Both the position numbers and the translations under genes were made by a program. Positions 1-10,742 of a DNA stretch of 64,000 nucleotides are shown one piece after another. Every line of letters starts with the position of its first letter. The first letter of the stretch is position 1. A model generated the notes under the pieces. The model did not search any database and was not told the DNA's origin. It worked only from the letters and a program-made list of their open reading frames with translations. Origin of the DNA: the human T2T-CHM13v2.0 reference genome, Homo sapiens. The stretch lies in assembly GCF_009914755.1 (NCBI RefSeq), contig NC_060934.1. One strand, 5' to 3'.

Positions 1-345
1 CTTCTGTGCAATTTTTTGATGCATTAATGCTAGATTCGCTAACCTAAAACTTAATTCATGAGGCATGGTGGAATGAGCTCTAACTCTTATATTAATTGTC
101 AAAATATGAGTTTGTATCATTAATTTTCAAAAGTTATTTAGAAATCCCCAGGGGTTCCAAGAAGCCCACACTGTAGCCATATTTTGTGAGCAATGAGTAG
201 GGATCAAGCAGATCACTTCTATTGATGTAACTTGGAGGTTTGGGGTTAGACTTGAGTTTGAAGTCCAACTCTGCTGTTTATTACCAGGATGAACCATTTA
301 GAAAACTATGTCACGGTATCATTATCTGCAAAAATGCACAAAATA

Positions 346-623
346 TTTTTATTTTTACCAAGGCTGGAGCGCAGTGGTGTGATCTCCGCTCACTGCAGCC
401 TTGACCTCCTGGGCTCAAGTGATCCTCCTACCCCAGCCTCCTGAGTAGCTGGGACTACAGGCATGACCCACTATGCCTGGGTAATTCTTTTTTTTTTAAG
501 AGAAGGGGTTTATCCATGTTCCCCAGGTGGGTCTCACAAACTCTTGGGTTTAGCTAACCACCCGCCTTGGAATCCCAAAGTGCTGGAATTATAGGCATGA
601 GCCACCACACACCACACCTGGCC
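346..623 (-). mobile_element. AluJ-type SINE
   Basis: Antisense Alu with AluJ diagnostics (gggctcaagtgatcctcc); flanked by cac(a/g)aaatatttt TSD-like repeat. Confidence 0.9.
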
Positions 624-795
624 ACGAAATATTTTTCTAGATTCATGTGCTATATAGATTAAACACAACAGTACAGGCAAAGCTTTAAAATAAGTGAAAT
701 ATATTCCCTTTGTTTTCTATAGGACTTCTATAAGCTTTTATTTGTAATGGAAAAGCTGTCTTTCTGATTCTAAAGTGACATTCATCTATGTAGAT

Positions 796-1070
796 TTTTT
801 CTTTTTTTCCATACAGACTTTCGCTCTTGTTGCAGATCTCAGCTCATTGAAACCTCCGCCTCCTGGGTTCAAGTGATTCTCCTGTCTCAGCCTCCCAAGT
901 AGCTGCGATTATGGTATAAGCCACCATGCCTGGCTAATTTTTGTATTTTTAGTAGAGACAGGGTTTCACCATATTGGCCAGGTTGGTCTCAAACTCCTGA
1001 CCTCATGGGATCCACCCACCTCGGCCTCCCAAAGTGCTGGGATTACAGGCATGAGCCACTGCAACCGGCC
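796..1070 (-). mobile_element. AluS SINE with ~20-bp internal deletion
   Basis: Antisense Alu; TSD ctatgtagat at 786-795 and 1071-1080. Confidence 0.92.
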
Positions 1071-1569
1071 CTATGTAGATCTCTATCATGTGGCAAATCT
1101 GTCCATTTTTCCTGTGTTTTGTGTTTTCCTGATATTCCTTCAGTGGGTATTAGGATCACATACATAATATTTCAAAGTTACAGTGGTGCATCCAAGATAG
1201 CTTTAGGCTCTTCCAAACTCTTGAGAGAAGAGTAAAAGGAAGAGAGCAAGGGAGGAAACAGAGAGGTAAATTAGTGACACAATAACAATAAATATTTTCT
1301 CCATAAAGCAGAGAGAGCCCCACTTCTCTGTTGTTATCAGGGCCGTGATGAATAATCTTTGGCCATATTATAGAAGATAAATAGAGGTCTCATTTCCTCT
1401 TGAGAACTAACTACATAGGTTGACATCAGAGGGATTTGCTGGATCTGCATGAGAGAGAATTTCCAAGCCTGTTTATTTTTAAGCTGTTTATGCAAAGCGA
1501 AGGTGATGTGTTCATCAGGATAGTGAGGCATGCTGCGTTAAGGCAAGGCACAAAGTTGCCGCAGCTCAC

Positions 1570-1620
1570 AGTAGCAAAATTTGCTTTCTTGCTCTTGCTC
1601 TTCTTTCCCATGCATACGTT
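1570..1620 (-). other. Candidate 51-nt exon (unknown transcript)
   Basis: Minus strand ctccttgccctag| ... ACT|gtgagc; purine-rich GAAGA-type body; splice signals only. Confidence 0.25.
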
Positions 1621-1807
1621 CTAGGGCAAGGAGATTCTACGTGGTGGCTCCCAGTCATTCTCTTTATGAACAAATACAGGCACAGTCTCCAAAGTAGGAG
1701 AGAAAGATGGAGACTTACTCACCATCTCCCGTATTTCATAGTGAATATGGCTCACAGAACACTTAACCTCAAGGGACCAGGGAAGGGCAATCTTGTATGT
1801 CCACAAG

Positions 1808-2122
1808 GCACTGAATACTGTGGGCAATTGTAACACAATGGTAAATATTTGTGTATCTAAACACAGAAAACGGGTTAGTAAAAATATAGTATAAAAGATA
1901 AAAAATGGTACACCTGTACAAGGCACTCACCATGAATGGAGCTTGCAGGACTGGACGTTGCCGTGGGTGAGTCAGTGAGTGAGTAGTGAGAGAATCGGAA
2001 GGCCTAAGATGTTACCATATACTGCTGTAGACTTTATAAACACTGTATGCTTAGGTCACACTACATTCATTTAAAAAACTTTTTTAAAATAATAAATTCA
2101 CCATAGCTTAATGTAGCTTTTT
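1808..2122 (+). mobile_element. Tigger3 (TcMar-Tigger) fragment
   Basis: actgaatactgtgggcaattgtaacacaatggtaaatatttgtgtatctaaac...gggtgagtcagtgagtgag matches Tigger3 consensus. Confidence 0.8.
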
Positions 2123-2688
2123 AAATATATATATTTCAATATATTTAGGGGTACAAGTGGTTTTTAGTGACCTGAATGAATTGTATAAAACTTTTACTGT
2201 ATCCATAACCTGAATTGTGTACATTGTACCCAATAGGCAATTTTTCATCCCTTACTTCCCTCCTCCTTTCCCCTCCTCTGAGTCTCTGAAGTCCATTATA
2301 TTACTCTGTATGCCCCTGTGTACACATGGCTTAGTTTCCTCTTATAAATGAGAACATATCATATTTGGTTTTCTATTCCCGAGTTACATCTCTTAGGATA
2401 ATGGCCTCCAGTTTCATCCAAGTTGCAGCAAAAGATATTATTTCATTCTTGTTTATGGCTGAGTAGTATTCCATGGTATAAACACACCACATTTTCTTTG
2501 TCTGCACGTTGGCTGATGGGTACTTAGGTTGATTCCATATATTTGTGATTGTGAATTGTGCTTCAATAAATATATGCAATATTTATGCAATTACTTCTTT
2601 TCCTTAGGCAGATACCCAGTAGTAGGATTGCTGGATCAAGTAGATCTGCTTTTAGTTCTTTGAGAACTTTCTATACTGTTTTCCATAG
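2123..2688 (-). mobile_element. L1PB/L1MA-type LINE-1 3' end
   Basis: ORF2 C-terminal remnant (ORF 2373-2579: IWNQPKYPS...MEYYSAINKNEI...ATWMKLE) plus 3' UTR. Confidence 0.9.
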
Positions 2689-2812
2689 TGTGATACACTA
2701 CAACATTGTAACAGGTATGATATCACCACGCAATAGGAATTTTCCAGTTCCATTGTAATCTTACAAGGCCATCATTGTACATGCAGTCCATATATCATCG
2801 ACTGACTGACTG
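2689..2812 (+). mobile_element. Tigger3 terminal segment
   Basis: gcaataggaattttccagttccattgtaatctta...tgactg followed by TA. Confidence 0.7.
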
Positions 2813-3252
2813 TATTTAACACTTTATTTTATCTCCGTGTGATAAAATATCACTATTCCATATTTCAATTGAAGGAATGCTTTTTTTCATCATGCAATAA
2901 CTTCTGAACACTATGACTTACTTTTGGTTGGAGGGCTTGTGAATGAAATCTTTACATTTCATTAATTCCAGTTGAATTATTCTAAGCATAATTCTTACCA
3001 TTTTTGTTTCATGCTTGTGTATTATTCAGTTTCAAATCAAAACAGCAGATAGTACCTATGGAATGGAACACAGAGAGAGAGAGAGAGAGTGCACTGGATA
3101 TTTGTTCTGGTGATAAAACAGAAAATTCTCCGTAATGTTCATTTGATCACCACTCATTGACATGACAGTTCAGTCATTAAACATCAAAAATCAACAAAGT
3201 ATATTCTAACTGTAGGATATTTTATTGTTTGGACAGTGATAAAAATAATTTT

Positions 3253-3592
<340 letters not shown>

Positions 3593-3904
3593 TTATGAAT
3601 AATTTTACAAAAATTTGTAGGGGTCAACTCAGTTGACAGGAATCCAATGTAGGTAAGTGTTTCTGACATGTAGGTTGTGTTTTTTTAAATTGTTTACAAT
3701 AGCATTATGCAGAAAGCAGAAGAAAGTAAATCATAGTCTTCTTTGCATTAATATATACATTTGAAGTCATAACAAGATTATCTCCCCCTGCCTGTTTAAC
3801 TTTCTAGTCTATATGCTTATAGACTTTAAAAGAAAATTTAAATCTGATTAATTGAAGTATACATTTGTCTACAGAGAGTATAGCATCAGTGCCTGCATGG
3901 ACTG

Positions 3905-4574
3905 GGATATAGTCTGGATATTTGTCCTTGCTCAAATATCGTGTTGAATTATAATCCCCAATGCTGGAGATGGAGCCTGGTGAGAGTTATTTGGATCATG
4001 GGGGCGGATCCCTCATGGTCTGGTGCTTCCTTCATGATAGTGAGTGAGTTCTTGCCAGATCTGGTCATTTAAAAGTGTGTGGCACCAACCACCCCACTCC
4101 CACTCTCTCTTACCTGCTCCTCCTTCACCTTCTACCATGATTGGTAGGTTCCAGAGGCCTCCCTAGAAGCTAAGAAGATGCCAGCACCATGCTTCCTGTA
4201 AAGCCTGCAGAACTATGAGCAAATAAACCTCTTTCATTTATAATTAACCTCATCAGTAAAGGTATTTTCTAGTCAAATAAAGGTACTTCTTGTTTATACC
4301 TTTATATGATGATGGCCTCAAAGATGATAATGGAACTGGAAAATTCCTATTGCCTGGTGATGTTGTACCCATTGGAATGTTGTAGTGTATCACATTATTC
4401 ATGTGTTTGTGGTGATGCTGGTGGGAACACAGTGAATACACCGCCAGTTATATAAAAGCAAAGCACACACAATTATGTGTAGTACATAATATTTGAGAAT
4501 GATAACAAGTATTTAGTATTTTATAGTTAAATAAAGGTATTTCTTTACAGCAGTGCAAGAATGGAGTAATAGAG
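3905..4574 (+). mobile_element. MSTB-like MaLR LTR, interrupted at ~4255-4530
   Basis: gatatagtctggatatttgtcc start; aagcctgcagaactatgagcaaataaacctc; ttctttacagcagtgcaagaatggagtaat end. Confidence 0.85.
4300..4523 (-). mobile_element. Tigger3 internal fragment inside the MST LTR
   Basis: aatggaactggaaaattcctattgcc...catgtgtttgtggtgatgctggtg; partly the reverse complement of 2689-2774. Confidence 0.75.
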
Positions 4575-4600
4575 ACCAAGTGTGGTCTTCTTTCCCACAG

Positions 4601-4705
4601 AATCAAATATAAACACTGGTTCTAGTGTCAATTTTCTTAATCACCAACTAACACTGTGTGATGAGGGAAGCTCAGAGAATAGTAGAGCACTTAAATCCAC
4701 CTCAG
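4601..4705 (+). other. Candidate 105-nt exon
   Basis: gtcttctttcccacag| acceptor, CAG|gtgaga donor; one open frame (phase 1 to 1). Confidence 0.3.
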
Positions 4706-5520
4706 GTGAGAGAATTGAAACTAAGAGATGATGCCCTGATTTACCCACTGAGTTCATGGGTCTAGAAGGCTAACTGTATCCTTTTGAAAATACTGATGCT
4801 AGAAGTGATTCCTAATTGCAAGCTCAGGAAAGCCATAATGCCTGGTTGCCAATAGTCTTTATTATTCATTCCATTAATGAAATCTGTATTTCTAGAATGT
4901 CAGACAGAAGAGTTGAACCCTATTTATATTTGCCAAATAAATTTTAATACATTAAAATAATTATATAGACTAGCATATTGTTTTTATGCTAATCTCTTCT
5001 TTCTTCATATTCACAAGTTACATTCATTCTCAAGCATATGAAAATCTGAATCATTGGTGCGTTTATTTCAAAACGAAACTTTCTTATGCACTCAGGGTAT
5101 GTGTACAAATCATATCAGATCTCACATTTTGTTTTGAAACCAACTCTATCTTTATGCTCTGCCAGCATTAGCAGTGAGTGGTTGCATAGTCTTTCAATGA
5201 TGTGAAAGCAGCGTGGTGAGATTGAAGGAGCAGTGGTGACAAGATCAATTAGAAAGGCACCATTGCATCTTTGTTCTAGACACAATATATCTTCCAAGGT
5301 AATCCCATACTGCAAAGGCATCACAAAGTCTTTGTCCGCTTATTCAGAGAGGCAACATGGCTCAGTGGTTTGAAATAACAGGCTTGAAGATCAAGGACTG
5401 TGAGTTCGAATGTTATATTTAAAAAGAAAAGCAAAAAATGTTGCTTGGGCTTTTTATACCTTTAAAATGCTTCTTTAATATCAGGTCCCATTTATTCTTT
5501 CCTTTTCTGTTATTGCTCAG

Positions 5521-5677
5521 GTGGCATTTGTCATCAGGTCATGGATACAAAAGTAAAAGTCAGGGCTGTCCCAATGACTAAAAGACACCATACGAGCATA
5601 CAGAGATGGAATTTGCAGAAGCATTGGCATCCTCCTTGTTTGATTAGCACCTGGAAGATTTTCAAAATAGTTGAAAA
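5521..5677 (+). other. Candidate 157-nt exon
   Basis: ttattctttccttttctgttattgctcag| acceptor, AAA|gtaagt donor; one open frame (phase 1 to 2). Confidence 0.35.
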
Positions 5678-6559
5678 GTAAGTATTGGTTTAGTAGAAGG
5701 AACTGGATGCAATTAAGAAAGAAGGATCAGAAATCTGTGGTAAAAACAGTGGGCTATTGCAAAATTAAAACTGTGGGGCTGTTTAATGCTAATTTAAATT
5801 GGGGGGCTCTGCCCCAAAGGAGATGTATATTTTCTTCTCTATTTCTCTAACATTTTTAGAATAAGTTATTTAAATATCAAATGCCTTTTTCAGATTATGT
5901 GCAAATTTTACAGTGTTTTACTAATATCTGTAATCATACATTATTTTTTCTTCTTCATGCTTGATGTGTTATTTCAACACTCTAAATTTCATCAAATTAA
6001 TAGTGAAGAAACTACTCAGTAATGGCATAAGTTGAAATAGAGCCAATAGATGCTCAGGAAAAATTAGGTTTCATGGTTTCTGATGGATCAGATTTGTAAT
6101 ACTACTCTATTTATAAAACCAGGCCAAAGCACTTTCTTCCTCCAACAATTCCTATAGAGAGTAGGTATCCTGCTGATATCCTACAGATAGTTGGAATTGT
6201 TTACAAAATCATAACATGTATCGTGCAAGATATGAGAGGGGTCAATGATAGGAGGAGGAAGGCTTTGCGTCTCCAGCCCTCTGGCACATACACCATCCTT
6301 CACACCATGGTTCTGAGGGCCCAGCTCTAGTCTGAGCTCAGGGAAGAGAAGAGTTGAGTTTTGAACTGATAATTACATAGAAGTTTTAAAACTGGATGGG
6401 ACTGAAACTGGTTATACCTTAATGAAATGATTACACTTGCCTGTCTGTTTCCCCACCAGACTGTTCATTCTTTATTGTTGGGCACCATATTGTTTGCTGT
6501 AAATCCACAAGGTCTTTCAAGACTTTTCAGCCTATAAAAGTGGCAGAGGAGGGGGGAAA

Positions 6560-6725
6560 ATGAGAGATTGTACCCCCTTCCTCTAGAGAGTGTTTGGAAA
6601 CAAGTTGGAGGCTTTTAGTTTTCTTTTTGGTTGTCACAATGACTGGGGGATGCTCAAGGCATTTGGTTGGTGAGGAACAATTACTCTAAATGGCCTGCAA
6701 GGTAGTGCCTCACAGTGAAGAAACA
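6560..6725 (+). mobile_element. MER20-like hAT-Charlie fragment
   Basis: tttttggttgtcacaatgactggggg...ggcatttggttggtgagg...cacagtgaagaa. Confidence 0.6.
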
Positions 6726-6872
6726 AATGGATGAATGAGTGAATGAATTTTTCCATTGTTTCTATAATAAATGTAGTCAACATTTTTCCAGTGATAGAAA
6801 ATATGGTTTCCAGAACAAATAAAAAGATATTTTAAAGTCTTCAAAACTCAAATATTTAATATAAAAATAAAG

Positions 6873-7584
6873 CCTCTGGTAGAATTTAGCTGTGAATGGG
6901 AGAAAATTTTTGCAATCTATCCATCTGACAAAGGGCTAATATCCAGAATCTACAAAAAACTTAAACAAATTTACAAGAAAAAAAAACAAATAACCCCATT
7001 AAAAAGTAGGCGAAGGATATGAACAGACACTTCTCAAAAGAAAACATTTATGCAGCCAACAAACATATGAAAAAAAGCTCATCATCACTGGTCATTAGAG
7101 AAATGCAAATCAAAACCACAATGAGATACCATCTCATGCCAGTTAGAATGGTGATTATTAAAAAGTCAGAAAACAAACGATGCTGGAGAGGATGTGGAGA
7201 AATAGGAACACTTTTACACTGTTGGTGGGAGTGTAAATTAGTTCAACCATTGTGGAAGACAGTGTGACGATTCCTCAAGGATCTAAAACTAGAAATACCA
7301 TTGTACCCAGCAATCCCATCCCTAGTTATATTCCCAAAGGATTAAAAATCATTCTACTGTAAAGTCACATGTACACATATGTTTATTGCAGCACACTGCA
7401 CAATAGCAAAGACTTGGAACCAACCCAATTGCCCATCAATGATAGACTGGATAAAGAAAATGTGGCAAATATACACCATGGGATACTATGCAGACATAAA
7501 AAAGGATGAATTCATGTCCTTTGCAGGGACATGGATGAAGCTAGAAACCATCATTCTCAGAAAACACAAGAACAGAAAACCAAA
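6873..7584 (+). mobile_element. L1PA6/7-like LINE-1, 5' part (ORF2 C-terminus) with a short 5' inversion
   Basis: ORFs 7019-7267 and 7379-7678 are L1 ORF2 ([39 protein letters not shown]); TSD aaaaataaagcc near 6863 and 10736. Confidence 0.95.
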
Positions 7585-7730
7585 TGTGTTCGGAGTTAGT
7601 TCTTTCTGGTGGGTTCTCGGTCTTGCTGACTTCAAGAATGAAGCCACGGACCTTTGCGGTGAGTGTTACAGCTCTTAAAGATGGTATGTACGGAGTTTGT
7701 TCCTTCTGATATGTCCAGAGTTTCTTCCTT
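7585..7730 (-). mobile_element. LTR12 3' LTR remnant (U5 only)
   Basis: Homologous to 9869-9965 (gacttcaagaatgaagccac...gagtgttacagctcttaaag); fused directly to gag. Confidence 0.88.
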
Positions 7731-8686
7731 TCTCTGAGTTATGGTGGAATAATTGAACTCTTCCTTTCTCTGAGTTATGGTGGAATTGAATAATTCGTGG
7801 CTTTTTCCTAATTCTCCTTAGTTCTTCTAGAAAACACGTCAACAGATGTTTGAGACTCCAGTCCCCATGATCTGAGTCGAGGTCCCAGTGGGGATCCATA
7901 CTGGGGACGACTTGCTGACCGGTAGGAAATTTATCCCTGTCTTTGGTTGTCATTCTATCATTTACTTGACTAAGATACCGGGTATCTCCAAACTCTTGGG
8001 CTGCAGCTAAAGCCACATTCTTTTCATTAAAGGCCAGGGTTTGACCTAATAACATGACATCTCTCCAAGTGAGATTGAAGGTTTCCCCTAGACCCTGTAG
8101 GACATCTGTATACTTATCAGGATTATCTGAAAACTTCCCCAGGTTTGCCTTTATCTGCTTTAAATCAGAGAGGGAGAAAGGGACATGTACCCAGGTTGGG
8201 CCCAATTCCCCTCCCCCTACAGCTTGAAGGGGACACAACCGATAGCCAGGGGGGTTTTGTAGTGCCTTGGAGATTTCCTTGCTTGTTTCCTTCTGGGTGG
8301 GGGAGATTAGAGGAGGTTTATCATTAATAGGAAGGGGCTATAGGGAAGCTAGGATATGGAGGTAAGCTGAGAGGTCCTCTTGTGGGATGTAAATTGCAAG
8401 CTTTGCATAGTTGTGGATTCTCCTTCAATGAAAAGAAAGCTTGGACCTAAGGTATTTCACTCCATTTGCCTTCTCTCTTACAGAAAAGGTGAAGCTTCAG
8501 GATAGTGTTGTAATTATACTTCCCTCAGGTGGCCATTTTTCCCCATCAGAGAGAGAATACTGGGGCCAGGCCACAGTGCAGAAAAAAAATGAGCTGCCCC
8601 TTTTTCAGGGTCTGTGGGTCAAATTGGTCCCAATGGCTTAGGATGCATTTCAAGGGTGAGGCTGTTAATGCCTGAGTGTTTCCCAT
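7723..8686 (-). pseudogene. gag: HERV9 gag pseudogene (MA to CA, truncated)
   Basis: ATG at 8686 (MGNTQ...[18 protein letters not shown]) then frameshift; CA segment VHVPFSLSDLKQIK..LGKFSDNPDKY in ORF 7675-8238. Confidence 0.9.
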
Positions 8687-9847
8687 CTGAAAGAAAAAAA
8701 AATGGCCATAGTTTTGGTTTGTTTGTTTCCCACCCCCTGCCCAAGAACCTGCAACGGTCCCTGGACCCTGCTAATCGGAATAGTTGCGCTCACTGACGCA
8801 GCAGCAGAAACACTAGGTTTCCTCCTAGACCATGAGGAGGACTGAGGAAGGTTGGATTTAGTGGCCCTTGCTGACGCATTCTTGAAAACCTGCACCCTTG
8901 CCCATTCTCCTAGACCACAAAGAGGACCAAGAAAAATCAGATTTAGTGACCGTTACTGACACATTCTCAAATACCTGTTAGAGTCCTAAGCTTTCTCCTG
9001 TTAGCACTGGGACCTTTCCAGTGTCCTATAAAGATGTTATGCCCCAAAAATGAAGTGGAGGGCCATACCCTGAGGGAGGGAAGGGATCTCCAGGGTTGGA
9101 AGAGTGATGCCTTTTGTCCTCACTTCTCATCATATGAATAGGAGGGATATCATTTCTGAGGCTCTCCATATCCTAGCTTCAGGAATATGCTTTTGTTAGG
9201 CCTGCTAGTCTGAGAAGGGATCCTAAAATTCAAGATAGTCCCCCCTCAATGGGGCTTTGGGCAAAAATTATGTCTTTCTGATTGGTGAGCCTGGGTGCCT
9301 GAAGAAGGGAACAGAATCCTGAGGTTCATACTAGAAATCATTCTTATAGGAGAAACTAGAAAAGCACCAGAGACAGGGAGTGGTTTTTGGAAGCAGGACT
9401 AGCCTCAGAGAAGAGAGCCAGGAGGAAATTTGTCTGACAGACATTAGGACCCAGGAGGCAAGGGTCAGGATAGATAGGATAGATGGGCGAGTCTCACTTA
9501 GGTGACATGACTTTGAGAGTTCTGCTCATGGCTACAGGATCAACCAACTTTTTGTTGGGACCCCAGAGCTGAGCGGCTTTCCTCTCTGTCCACCCTTGGC
9601 TCAGCCCAGAAGTACAGGAAAAGCACAAGCTGGTTCCAGGCAAACCAATGCTCCCAACTCTGAAGAGTCAGGGGTTGTTAGAGAGCCCTTTCCTAGAAAG
9701 CCTGACACCCGTGTCTTTAGTCTGGTAGCCACACTATTTGCTTTTAACTGGCAGACAGGTGCCTGGTATTCAGCCCCTAAATTCTAAGGAAAAATAGGAC
9801 AGAATAGCAAGTGAAAGGGGTCCGATGGTACTCACTGCTTGGCAATG

Positions 9848-9865
9848 GTCCCTTTGTGGTCAACA
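9848..9865 (-). promoter_or_regulatory. Retroviral primer-binding site (tRNA-Arg type)
   Basis: tgttgaccacaaagggac just 3' of the 5' LTR; major splice donor GCA|GTGAGT follows at 9835-9830. Confidence 0.75.
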
Positions 9866-9868
9866 AGA

Positions 9869-10490
9869 TGTGTCCAGATTTGGTTCCTTCCAGTGGGTTC
9901 TTGGGCTCACTGACTTCAAGAATGAAGCCACAGACCTTCGCAGTGAGTGTTACAGCTCTTAAAGGTGGCACGGACCCAAAGAATGAGCAGCAGCAAGATT
10001 TATTATGAAGAGCAAAAGAACAAAGCTTCCACAGTATGGAAGGGGACCTGAGTGGGTTGCCACTGCTGGCTGGGGTGGCCAGCTTTTATTCCCTTATTTG
10101 TCCCCACCCACATCCTGCTGACTGGTCCATTTTACAGAGTGCTGATTGGTCCATTTTACAGAGTGCTGATTGGCGTGTTTACAATCCTTTAGCTAGACAC
10201 AGAGCACTGATTGGTGCATTTTTACAGAGTGCTGATTGGTGCATTTACAATCCTTTAGCTAGGCACAGAGTGTTGATTGGTGCGTTTTTACAGAGTGCTG
10301 ATTGGTGCATTTACAATCCTTTAGACACAGAGTGTGGATTGGTGCATTTTTACAGAGTGCTGATTGGTGTATTTACAATCTTTTAGCTAGACACAGAGTG
10401 TTGATTGGTGCATTTACAATCCTCTAGCTAGACAGAAAAGTTCTCTAAGCCCCGACTCAACCCAGGGAGTCCAGCTGGCTCCACCTCTCG
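9869..10490 (-). promoter_or_regulatory. LTR12 5' LTR (promoter/enhancer)
   Basis: Nine CCAAT boxes (attgg on +) in U3 repeats 10140-10410; ATAAAA TATA-like ~10085; AATAAA ~10000; terminal TG mutated to CG. Confidence 0.92.
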
Positions 10491-10742
10491 CAAACACTGC
10501 ATGTTCTCACCCATAAGTGGGAGTTAAACAATGAGAACATGTGGACACAGGGAGGGGAACATAACACACCAAGGTCTTTCGGAGGGTGGGGGGGATAGAG
10601 GAGTGATAGCATTAGGAGAAATACCTAATGTAGATGACAGGTTGATGGGTGGAACAAACCACAGTGGCACATGTATAACTGTGTAACAAACCTGCATGTT
10701 CTGCACATGTACCCCAGAACTTAAAGTATAATAAAAAAAATA
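10491..10742 (+). mobile_element. L1PA6/7-like LINE-1 3' UTR and A tail
   Basis: cactgcatgttctcac...ggagaaatacctaatgtagatgacaggttgatgggtg...agaacttaaagtataataaaaaaaa. Confidence 0.95.

Larger units (their letters stand above)
7585..10490 (-). mobile_element. HERV9 (ERV9/LTR12) provirus, internally deleted
   Basis: 5' LTR, PBS, leader, gag and 3' LTR U5 remnant; 4-bp TSD caaa at 7581-7584 and 10491-10494 within L1. Confidence 0.93.

Noticed and set aside
7675-8238. 187-aa ORF as an intact or domesticated Gag
   Set aside because: Upstream frameshift after the gag ATG and truncation by the deletion junction; pseudogene fragment
10036-10386. 116-aa ORF with LQSADW repeats
   Set aside because: Antisense reading of LTR12 U3 CCAAT repeats
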